Assembly (NCBI GenBank): GCA_965116495.1
Contig: OZ220696.1
Span: 2,816,001-2,880,000, forward strand
Direction: 5' to 3'
Length of the DNA stretch: 64,000 bases
Source: Gammaproteobacteria bacterium
GTDB lineage: Bacteria > Pseudomonadota > Gammaproteobacteria > Eutrophobiales > Eutrophobiaceae
Shown here: positions 19,639-27,634 of the stretch, piece by piece
Numbering within the stretch: position 1 is the first letter of the stretch
How the letters are laid out: the number at the start of each line of letters is the position of its first letter
Translations under genes and position numbers: made by a program
Notes under the pieces: generated by a model
Seen by the model: the letters and a program-made list of their open reading frames with translations, nothing else
The model's database searches: none
Told to the model about the DNA's origin: nothing

Positions 19639-21105
19639 TTACAGCGAGCCTTCGACTATCCAGCCCTGGTACCAGAGATCGCTGCCATCCGGGTTTACCG
19701 CGCCCAGGTAGTCCGTTGCGTCCAGGTAATCCGGGTCGGCGGTGCTCTCCGAGTTCATGGCGTTGTAATCGGCCCAGTCAATCGGCGCATCCAGTAGCGC
19801 CTCAGCGGCCTGGGAGGCATAGTTCTCGTCCAGTTCGGCCTCGACCATGTGTATGTTCGATTCCATGCCTTTCACCGTGCCGTCCTTGTAGAAATTACCG
19901 GTCCCTTCCGCCGCACAGTCGGCAATGATATTGTTGAAGACCAGTGCATTGGCATTGTCGGTAGCCCTTGACACATCCACACAGTCCTCCAACAAGGTAA
20001 AACCGGGCGCCGTGGTGATGACGGAGTTATGCAGAAAACCGCCGGAAGCCGCCTTGAATACCAGCGCCTCCGTTTCATCGTCACTGTCGGTGACAAAGGT
20101 GGCATTGGCGATGGTCGGCTTGGATAACGGCATGGCTGAACCTTCGGTATCAGCCTCAATGGCGTTGCCGCCACCCGAAGGCGACTGCTTGACCAGCACG
20201 TACTGCATGTTGCCCATGTAGCCCTCATCCCAATCCACGGAATCATCCAGATTACCGGTCAGCACGATGTATTTTACATTCGCCGCGCCGCCGTAGAACT
20301 CGATGCCGTCATCCGAATTGTCATTGACCTGGAGGTATTCCATGGTCGTGCCGGAACCTACGCCGACCAGGGAGATGCCGTTGATTTCGTCGCCCGGGGC
20401 AAACTCGTAACCGCCTTCGGTCACGATTACATAGCGCAACGTGCCGCTGTTGTCATCGGCGGTGTAGCCGGCGGCGAATCCTGACTCGCCCTCGGCGTCG
20501 ATATTGCATGCCTCGGCCGGACACTGGTTGTGTTCACCGTAACCGTGGATGATCAGGCCGCCCCATTCGCCGCTGCCGCTGTAATCGTCGTCATCGGAAC
20601 TGAACACGATGGGCGCGCTGGCCGTGCCTTCGGCCTGTATCCTGGAACCCCGGGTAATCACCAGGTTGGCGAATGTGCCGCCACTGGCCTTGATCTCCGT
20701 GCCCGCTTCGATTGTCAGTGTGGCGCTGACCACGTCGCTGCCGTCCGCCAGCACACCCTTGGTCGCGGACATTTCCCTGTTGCCGTTGCCGACGGTCACC
20801 CGGTCTTCCATCAACCACACGATGTCGCTGGTCAACAGGCGACTCTCCGATATCGTGGCCGGCAAGGCGCAGACGTCGTTGCCGTCGTCATCCCTGCGTT
20901 TCGCCCCCGCCCAGTCCGGACAGTTCTCCGACACAGTTGAGTCGGAACCGCCGCCGGAGTCGGGAGTGTCAGTCGTTGTATTGTTGGTTGTCGTCGTGGT
21001 CGGCGCATCGATATTGATTGTCGCATCGTCACCCTCGGAACAACCGTAAATGCCGCCCAGCGCGATTGCCGCCACCATAACCCGTATAAAATACCTAAGT
21101 CTCAT
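19639..21105 (-). CDS. Acidic lipoprotein with probable parallel beta-helix repeats (ElpS-like by context)
   Basis: Lipobox 'IYG-C22', Thr/Ser/Gly tether, repeats 'SGTLRYVIVTEGG', 'NSDDGIEFYGG', 'NLDDSVDWDEG'; SD 'aggag'. Confidence 0.8.
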   Translation of the reverse strand: MRLRYFIRVMVAAIALGGIYGCSEGDDATINIDAPTTTTTNNTTTDTPDSGGGSDSTVSENCPDWAGAKRRDDDGNDVCALPATISESRLLTSDIVWLMEDRVTVGNGNREMSATKGVLADGSDVVSATLTIEAGTEIKASGGTFANLVITRGSRIQAEGTASAPIVFSSDDDDYSGSGEWGGLIIHGYGEHNQCPAEACNIDAEGESGFAAGYTADDNSGTLRYVIVTEGGYEFAPGDEINGISLVGVGSGTTMEYLQVNDNSDDGIEFYGGAANVKYIVLTGNLDDSVDWDEGYMGNMQYVLVKQSPSGGGNAIEADTEGSAMPLSKPTIANATFVTDSDDETEALVFKAASGGFLHNSVITTAPGFTLLEDCVDVSRATDNANALVFNNIIADCAAEGTGNFYKDGTVKGMESNIHMVEAELDENYASQAAEALLDAPIDWADYNAMNSESTADPDYLDATDYLGAVNPDGSDLWYQGWIVEGSL

Positions 21106-21168
21106 GTTAATCTCCTGAATGTAGATTGATGTTTACCTCGAATTTCCTACCAGGTGCTCCACCCTCAG

Positions 21169-24100
21169 TCAGAAATTCCAGTCTATGCCCAGCTTGAATT
21201 CCACGCCTTCCTTGTAGCTTTGGAATATTTCTCCGCCCTGAGTGAACTCAACCTCCTCGTTCGACAGGTTTTCCGCGCTTGCCTTCAACAGAAAATCATC
21301 GGTGAACCGGTATTTGTAATTGACCTTGAGGTCGAACCTCGGCTCCTCGATAACGTTGGGCCGCCCGGCAATACCCACGTCCTTGATGGATTTGCCGCTC
21401 TGGTTGAGCAACACCGTCAGTTCCTGGTCCCGCACCAGGTCGTCATAACCCACTACCAGGTTGAAGGTATAATCCGGTTGACCCTGTAGTTTCCGACTGG
21501 TGCCGTCTGCCAGGTTAGCCTCCGATTCGATGACACTGGCGTTGACGAAGACAAAAATTGACTGCGACAGGTCGTCGCTCAACGCAAAGTCCTTGCGTCC
21601 TTCCACTTCGACCCCGTAAAGTTCAGCCGATTCAGCATTTCTGAAGGTGCGTGAATTTCCCGCGGTGCCGGATGCCGGCTGCACCACCCGCTCGATGGGG
21701 CTTTCCAGGTCCTTGTAGAACAACGCGACGCTGACGCTTTGCCGGTCGGCGAAATACCATTCCCAGCGCGCGTCGTAATTGGTCACTTCGGAAATCTCCA
21801 GGTTCGGGTTGCCCCTCACCCGGAAGTCGAATTCGGTATCGTAGAATGTCGCGTTGGAAGTCTCCTTGAAGTCCGGGCGTGACACGGACTTGTATATCGC
21901 GAACCGGAACTGGTGGTCTTCCCGGAAGAGCCAGTTGAAACCCAGGCTGGGCAGCATGGCCGTCTCGTCAATTTTCGAGCTTACCGCCTCCTGCACGCCG
22001 GCCAGGCTGAACGTCTCGGTAGTCTGCTGGTAATCCTCGAAGCGGATCCCTGCAATCAGTTGATAGTCCGTGTTGAACAGGTAATCAGCGGAGACATACA
22101 CGCTCTTCAAATCCAGTTCCGCTTCGTATTCGTCGCTGGCCAGGGTCTTGTCGGCAAAACTGAAGCCGGTGTTGTTGTTGCCCGTTATGGTGTCTTCCCC
22201 GATCACCTCGCTGACCAGCGCATTGGGCGCCCTTACCCTGTCGACCAGGGCCTGTTCGATGTTGAAGCCGTAGCTGCTGGAATCGGAATCTCGTTCGCGG
22301 TAGATCACCGAGAAACCGGCCTCCATGTTGAATTCCGTTTCGGCATTGGAAACAAACTCATAGGAGATGGCGCCCGACACGTCCACGTTGTCATCAGTCA
22401 GGTCGTCGTAACGCCGCAACAACTGGTTCGCTTCCAGCAGGAAGCCGTTGAGCGCGAACGGTTGCCGGTCGTTGGGCTCTTCGATATCGTAACCCTCCAG
22501 CAGGTCCAGCGGATCAGTCAGCGCCGAGTCCGCATCGAACCGCACTTCGCGCCGGTCCGGGGCTACGCGTTTTGCCTGGCTCAGTGTTCCCTGCCAGTCA
22601 AACTGGAGCGTGCCCGCCTCGTTCAGGAAATGCGACCCCCTGAGCTGCTGGGACAGGAACTGGCGCTCGACCCAGTCGATGGTGTGGCGCATGGTGGAGT
22701 TGAACTCATCCCCCTCCTGGCCGATGGTGCGCTTCACCTTGCTCTGGGTGGCGCGGGAAAGAATGGTATTGGCTTCAAAGGTATGGTCGCCGATGGTCAG
22801 GCCGACGGAAAACAGGCCGCTGATGTCTATGTCGTTGGCATACTCCTTGAAAGCGAGGATGTCCAACTGGTCGCCCACCTCATCGGAGGCCTGTCCCGGT
22901 GAATAGGTGTTGGTGATACCGTCATCCTTCTGCGACCAGCCGTTCTTGTAGTTCACCGCGGCGAATATGCCCAGGTCCACAGGACCGATGGCGAACAGGT
23001 CGCCGTAGTTGGCGCCGATGGAGACGTCCGGGTAGGCAACGGCCTTGTCCAGGTCCAGGTCCTCACTGATAAGGATTGCGCCAAGCCGCCGCAATTCCCG
23101 TTCAACCGTGTCGTTAATCTCGAATGTCGCGCCGCTGTCGGTATCGGTAACCGTTCCCAGGCTCAGGGCTTCCGCAATGGCGGTAACGGCTATGGGTTCT
23201 TCGCGCTCCCCGGCATCCCAGCCGACCCAGTCGAAACCGCCGTCGGTGGGATCATTGAACACATTGCGGCCGGTAACGCCCACGGTAGCGTCGCTGGAAA
23301 TCGATATCTTGCCGGCCCGCTCATCCGGGAACGTCCGGGTATTGATCACCAGGTTGCCGCCGGTGCTCTCTCCCGGCATGGGCGCTATGAAGGTCTTCTT
23401 GATATCCAGTTGGCTGACGATATTGCTGGGAAACAGGTCCAGGGGCACGGTGCGCTTGGAAGGGTCCGTACTCGGCAGGGTAGCGCCGTTGAGAGTGGTG
23501 GTGACATACCTCCCCCCCAGTCCGCGGATAAACACGAACTTGCCATCCTGCACGGTCACGCTGGGCAGACGTATGACAGCTTCAGCGACATCGGTATCGC
23601 CGAAACGGGCCAGGTCTTCAATTCCCAGCGTATCCACCACGTTGGTCGTATCCCGCTCCACCAGTTCCATACCCTCAGGCCGGTAGGCGCCCAGTACAAC
23701 GACCTCCTCCACCACGCCGGCGGCATCCTGGGTGAGCCCGAAATCCGCGGACCTGGCCACGTTGGCAACCAGGCGCATGGCGCTGATCGAGCGGCTGCGG
23801 TATTCGGGGTGTGTTATCTCCAGGTTGTAGATGCCGCGCGGCAGTTCCAGGCGGTAGCGGCCTCCTTCATCCGACCACACCTGCACGTCCTCGCCCTCCA
23901 CGGTGATTTCAGCGCCGGCCACAGGGGTTCCTAAGGACGTGACTTTGCCTTCCAGCACTGCCCTGGGCGCCTTGGCGCGATGCCCCGCGGTTTCCGTTTC
24001 ATACCAGGATTCGATCTTGACGTCCGGGTCGCCCGGGCCCAGTGTTACGCTGACATCCGTATACTGCCCCAGTGCGTAATTGATGCGGAAACTGTGAAGC

Positions 24101-24342
24101 GGGCTGCCGTTTTCCAGGATCTGCAGGCTGTGGGTCCCGGGGACCATATCGAAATAAGCCGCCCCGTCGATACCGGTCGTTTCCCCGGTTTCCCCATCCA
24201 GCACCACTGTGAGTCCACTTCCCGCGGCGCCATCCTTGAACACATAGATCACCAGTTCATCAAATGCATACGCAGAAGTCGCGCTGCACAGGAAAAATAT
24301 AATGCCTGTCAGCCAGGTTGCCAGATTTTTGGTTCTTTTCAT
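21169..24342 (-). CDS. TonB-dependent receptor with N-terminal carboxypeptidase-regulatory-like domains
   Basis: Signal peptide, TonB-box-like 'VEEVVVLG', plug 'FVFIRGLGGRY...VPLDLFP', 'GNPNL', C-terminal 'WNF'. Confidence 0.92.
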   Translation of the reverse strand: MKRTKNLATWLTGIIFFLCSATSAYAFDELVIYVFKDGAAGSGLTVVLDGETGETTGIDGAAYFDMVPGTHSLQILENGSPLHSFRINYALGQYTDVSVTLGPGDPDVKIESWYETETAGHRAKAPRAVLEGKVTSLGTPVAGAEITVEGEDVQVWSDEGGRYRLELPRGIYNLEITHPEYRSRSISAMRLVANVARSADFGLTQDAAGVVEEVVVLGAYRPEGMELVERDTTNVVDTLGIEDLARFGDTDVAEAVIRLPSVTVQDGKFVFIRGLGGRYVTTTLNGATLPSTDPSKRTVPLDLFPSNIVSQLDIKKTFIAPMPGESTGGNLVINTRTFPDERAGKISISSDATVGVTGRNVFNDPTDGGFDWVGWDAGEREEPIAVTAIAEALSLGTVTDTDSGATFEINDTVERELRRLGAILISEDLDLDKAVAYPDVSIGANYGDLFAIGPVDLGIFAAVNYKNGWSQKDDGITNTYSPGQASDEVGDQLDILAFKEYANDIDISGLFSVGLTIGDHTFEANTILSRATQSKVKRTIGQEGDEFNSTMRHTIDWVERQFLSQQLRGSHFLNEAGTLQFDWQGTLSQAKRVAPDRREVRFDADSALTDPLDLLEGYDIEEPNDRQPFALNGFLLEANQLLRRYDDLTDDNVDVSGAISYEFVSNAETEFNMEAGFSVIYRERDSDSSSYGFNIEQALVDRVRAPNALVSEVIGEDTITGNNNTGFSFADKTLASDEYEAELDLKSVYVSADYLFNTDYQLIAGIRFEDYQQTTETFSLAGVQEAVSSKIDETAMLPSLGFNWLFREDHQFRFAIYKSVSRPDFKETSNATFYDTEFDFRVRGNPNLEISEVTNYDARWEWYFADRQSVSVALFYKDLESPIERVVQPASGTAGNSRTFRNAESAELYGVEVEGRKDFALSDDLSQSIFVFVNASVIESEANLADGTSRKLQGQPDYTFNLVVGYDDLVRDQELTVLLNQSGKSIKDVGIAGRPNVIEEPRFDLKVNYKYRFTDDFLLKASAENLSNEEVEFTQGGEIFQSYKEGVEFKLGIDWNF

Positions 24343-24368
24343 TGCGGGGACTAGTCTGGAAGGTTTAT

Positions 24369-24430
24369 GTGACAACCCGGCGAAGTTTCCATGACATTCC
24401 GGCGAAAGTTAAATGACATGGATGTGACGC
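24369..24430 (-). promoter_or_regulatory. Phased Pho-box array upstream of the TonB-dependent receptor
   Basis: Six heptamers at exact 11-bp period on minus strand: GCGTCAC, ATGTCAT, CTTTCGC, ATGTCAT, ACTTCGC, TTGTCAC. Confidence 0.75.
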
Positions 24431-24523
24431 GCACAGGGGCGGACTTCAGGCCTGCCCCCGGCATGTCCGGGGGTCAATCCCCGGTCCCGCAGGCCGGCGG
24501 GAAGGAGCAGGACTTTGTCCGGG

Positions 24524-25312
24524 TCAGTCCAGAGCGAGTTGCCATTCCATGGCTACGCGATCCTGGCTGGCGCGCCCCAGGATCGGCAGAATTCGTCTCA
24601 ACGGTGCCGGTGCATCTGCGGAGAGTTGGCCCACGCCCCGGAACCTGAGGGTCTGCGCTGAGGGTTCCTGTATGAATTGTCCGGTCACGGAGAGCAAAGC
24701 CGGGCCGCCGAGCGTCCTGGCCTCGCCGGTGATCCCTGCCTGCTCAAGGGCCTGCAGCTCTACCTGGTAATTTCCCAGGGGTCTGTCCGTTGGTAACCAT
24801 ACGGCGCGGATATCCTCGAAATCCACTGTGAGCCGGCCGGCATCCGGCAGGGAGCCGTATTCTGCCGAAACAGCCTTGGCCCGTATCGCCAACCCGCCAT
24901 CAAGCCCCGCTATCTCCAGTTCGGGGAAGGTCGGCAACAACGCCGTCAACGGCAGTTCCCCGTCAATTTCCTCCAGACGCCAGTCATGCAGGCCGAAACC
25001 GGCTGAGCCGGAGAGCGCTTTGGCCCCGTCATCGATCCGGAAATCCAGTCCCAGCCTTCCTCCGAACAACGACAGGAATGCAGGGTCGAGTGTAACCTTG
25101 CTGATATAGGCCCGGCGCCCCCCCGGCAGCCTGAATGTCAAGCCGCGGATGGTCATACCGGAAATCGTGCCCTCGGCGCCGGTCCAGCCGACTTCAACCG
25201 GCAGCAGCCGGTTGGCACCTGCCAGTATCCAGGCAGCCGGGGCGCGCAGCAGCAAGGCGCCCAGAAAAACCACCAGGGCCGTTGCGCCAAGGTACATCCA
25301 GCGTCTGTCCAT
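24524..25312 (-). CDS. gspN: Type II secretion system protein N
   Basis: N-terminal TM then 'LRAPAAW', 'GAEGTISG', 'PLGNYQVEL'; preceded by a gspM-like remnant. Confidence 0.75.
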   Translation of the reverse strand: MDRRWMYLGATALVVFLGALLLRAPAAWILAGANRLLPVEVGWTGAEGTISGMTIRGLTFRLPGGRRAYISKVTLDPAFLSLFGGRLGLDFRIDDGAKALSGSAGFGLHDWRLEEIDGELPLTALLPTFPELEIAGLDGGLAIRAKAVSAEYGSLPDAGRLTVDFEDIRAVWLPTDRPLGNYQVELQALEQAGITGEARTLGGPALLSVTGQFIQEPSAQTLRFRGVGQLSADAPAPLRRILPILGRASQDRVAMEWQLALD

Positions 25313-25351
25313 GTGATTCCTGTTTTCCCCTGACCCCGGTTCGTCGCAGGG

Positions 25352-25430
25352 TTACCTGGGGAGCAGTCTCAATTTCGCCGTGACCCGCCCGTTCCGGTCA
25401 CCGGGCCCGTTCACGCGCGTGTCTGTGACG
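25352..25430 (-). pseudogene. 3' remnant of a gspM homologue
   Basis: Encodes 'VTDTRVNGPGDRNGRVTAKLRLLPR*' versus GspM 'VTGMRVTGLRDRNGQVMAEVTLLPR*'; 59/79 nt identical, ungapped (manual count). Confidence 0.8.
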
Positions 25431-25656
25431 AATGTGTTGATAAGACATTCCGCGCGGGTGTCGCTGAACCCGTTATCCGCTAATGTCCTGGTAGCCTTGT
25501 GGGCGCCGGCAATAATCATGACGTCCCCCTTTAATGATAGACCGCGCAACACGGTACTGCATTACGCCGGCAAACTCAATTACCAGGAGAGGATGTGACG
25601 ATTGTAATTAATTTCGGAAAAATGCGGTGAAGTAACAAAACAGGGCTTGAAATTAT

Positions 25657-25694
25657 TACTATAGACTTGTAGACTGGTCTATAAGTCCATAGTA
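25657..25694 (+). promoter_or_regulatory. Palindromic operator of the TA operon
   Basis: tactatagacttgtagac-tg-gtctataagtccatagta (16/18 arm match), just after a TTGAAA -35-like hexamer. Confidence 0.7.
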
Positions 25695-25707
25695 GAGATA
25701 TTTCACG

Positions 25708-25944
25708 ATGAAACAAATTGGCTCTTATGACGCAAAAACCAATCTCCCCGAAATATTACGCCGTGTCGAAGCAGGAGAGATGTTTACCATAACTAACCGA
25801 GGCAAACCAATCGCAGACTTGGTGCCAAGCCGTGCGTCTGCCCTTCTGAAGGCACAAACTGCCATCAACAATATCATGCAGGCAAAGAAACACCCTGTGT
25901 CTGACAAGACCCTGGCCGACCTGAAAGAGAGCGGCCGGAAATGA
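25708..25944 (+). CDS. Phd/YefM family antitoxin
   Basis: 'IGSYDAKTNLPEILRRVEAGEMFTITNRGKPIADLVP'; overlaps the toxin start. Confidence 0.9.
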   Translation: MKQIGSYDAKTNLPEILRRVEAGEMFTITNRGKPIADLVPSRASALLKAQTAINNIMQAKKHPVSDKTLADLKESGRK

Positions 25945-26366
25945 AGAATTTTGTACTGGATAATTCAGTAACTATGCGCTGGTTATTGGAAAGTGAGAAA
26001 CCGGCAGACCAGAACTACGCTGAGACAGTTCTGAACACTCTCACAAATAACAGGGCCATAGTCCCAAACCTATGGCATTTGGAGGCCGTTAACGTGTTAT
26101 TGAGCGCTGAAAGGCGAAAAGATATCGCAATCGCTGAAGTTGAGAAATTTATTTCACAACTGGAGAAGCTGCCCGTCCAGGTCGACCCGCTGACAGCAGA
26201 CCAGGCATTCAGCAGAACACTGGCGCTGGCGAATGCTTACAAACTCAGCAGTTATGATGCCGCTTACCTGGAACTGGCTGTCCGGGAGAGTTTACCACTT
26301 GCGTCTTTGGATAAGAATCTGGTTAAAGCTGCTAAAAAAGCAAATGTGGAAATCTACCTAAGATAA
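25941..26366 (+). CDS. vapC: VapC family PIN-domain toxin
   Basis: PIN acidic residues in 'FVLDNSV', 'LEAVN', 'YDAAYLELA', 'SLDKNL'. Confidence 0.9.
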   Translation: MKNFVLDNSVTMRWLLESEKPADQNYAETVLNTLTNNRAIVPNLWHLEAVNVLLSAERRKDIAIAEVEKFISQLEKLPVQVDPLTADQAFSRTLALANAYKLSSYDAAYLELAVRESLPLASLDKNLVKAAKKANVEIYLR

Positions 26367-26598
26367 GGATTGACCGGCAGAATGGATTAAACAGGGCAGG
26401 CGTGCGGGGGCAGGTCCGGCAAGCCGGTGATTTGCGCATCCATCGCTACCCGCAAGTCCGCGTTGGCCTGGTACATGAACCCGAAGCAGCCGAGCATGAC
26501 CGTCAGGGCGAACGCGCCCATCGACAACGCCAGCCGCAACTCGCTCCGGCGCGCCTCGCGGGCCGCGGCGATTTGAACGGCGGCAACTTTTCAACCGA

Positions 26599-26632
26599 CG
26601 GTCACCTGTTTGTAATATTCATGGCTTACGCT
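26599..26632 (+). promoter_or_regulatory. Putative PhoB-dependent promoter of gspC-I
   Basis: CGGTCAC-ctgt-TTGTAAT (26599-616), 10-nt spacer, then -10-like TACGCT (26627-32). Confidence 0.55.
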
Positions 26633-26731
26633 ACGGGGTTGTTTTTTGTCCGGTTTGAATAAAATGCAGCCGCCGGAGTACAGGATTGAGGGGGCTGGTT
26701 GGTACAGGATATGCATAATGCCTGAATTTTC

Positions 26732-27622
26732 ATGATGCCGTTTCCGCTGAAATCCTTGTTTTCAGCGTATTACGCCCTCCGCGGCGCGGAGGCCGCGCTG
26801 GTGGTTGCGCTGGCGCTGGCGCTGGCCGAGTTCGCCTGGTTGCTGTTTCCCGGCCCGGGCCAGGGAGATAGCCGGATGCCCGTCGCCGTGCTGCCCCCGG
26901 CTCAGGCCGGATTGGGCGCGCCGGAAAGCGGTGGCTTGGGAAGACGGCTTTCCCCCGCGCTCTTGTCCTTGTTCGGCGAAGCCGGAAATAACCCGGGCAA
27001 ACCGGCGTTTCGAGAGGAAGAAATCAGGGAAACCGGCCTGGACCTGACCCTGAAAGGCATCCTGGCAAGCCGCGCCGGCACGCGCAAGCTCGCGGTGATT
27101 TCCCGGGGGGGCGAAAAGGAAGACGTCTACCGGATCGGGAATCAAATCGCCGGCGCCCAAATCACGCATATCGAGGCGCGCCGGGTCATGCTGGAGCGCA
27201 ACGGCGTTGCGGAGGCGCTGACCCTGAAAACGGCCGAACCGCGCTATGGCAGCAGTTTCGCCGGGCCCAGGGCAACGGAAGGCATTACCATGATCAGCGC
27301 GCGCGCGGGGGTCGTCTCGCGCAACCTGTTTGATCGGCAGCTGCAGCGCCTGCCGGAAGTTCTGAACCAGGCCCGGGCGGCGCCGTACTGGGACTATAAC
27401 GGCCATGAGGCAGGTTTTCGCATCGTCGATATTGAACCTGACAGCGTATTCGACAAACTCGGCCTGCTCCGGGAAGATGTTATCGTCTCGTTGAACGGCG
27501 TTTCCGTGCGCAACAACAGGGAGGCCCTGGCTGCGTACCAGTCGTTCAAGTCCGCCGATGCGCTGCAGGTCGGGCTGTTACGCGATGGCCGGGAAGTGAC
27601 CATCGATTTTTCCATCCAATAA
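26732..27622 (+). CDS. gspC: T2SS protein C with PDZ domain
   Basis: TM, HR domain 'ETGLDLTLKGIL...RNGVAEAL', PDZ 'FDKLGLLREDVIVSLNG'. Confidence 0.9.
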   Translation: MMPFPLKSLFSAYYALRGAEAALVVALALALAEFAWLLFPGPGQGDSRMPVAVLPPAQAGLGAPESGGLGRRLSPALLSLFGEAGNNPGKPAFREEEIRETGLDLTLKGILASRAGTRKLAVISRGGEKEDVYRIGNQIAGAQITHIEARRVMLERNGVAEALTLKTAEPRYGSSFAGPRATEGITMISARAGVVSRNLFDRQLQRLPEVLNQARAAPYWDYNGHEAGFRIVDIEPDSVFDKLGLLREDVIVSLNGVSVRNNREALAAYQSFKSADALQVGLLRDGREVTIDFSIQ

Positions 27623-27634
27623 CCGGAATTCAAC

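Noticed and set aside
25560-25640. Pho box for gspN or the TA operon
   Set aside because: Only isolated half-sites, no partner at 11-bp spacing
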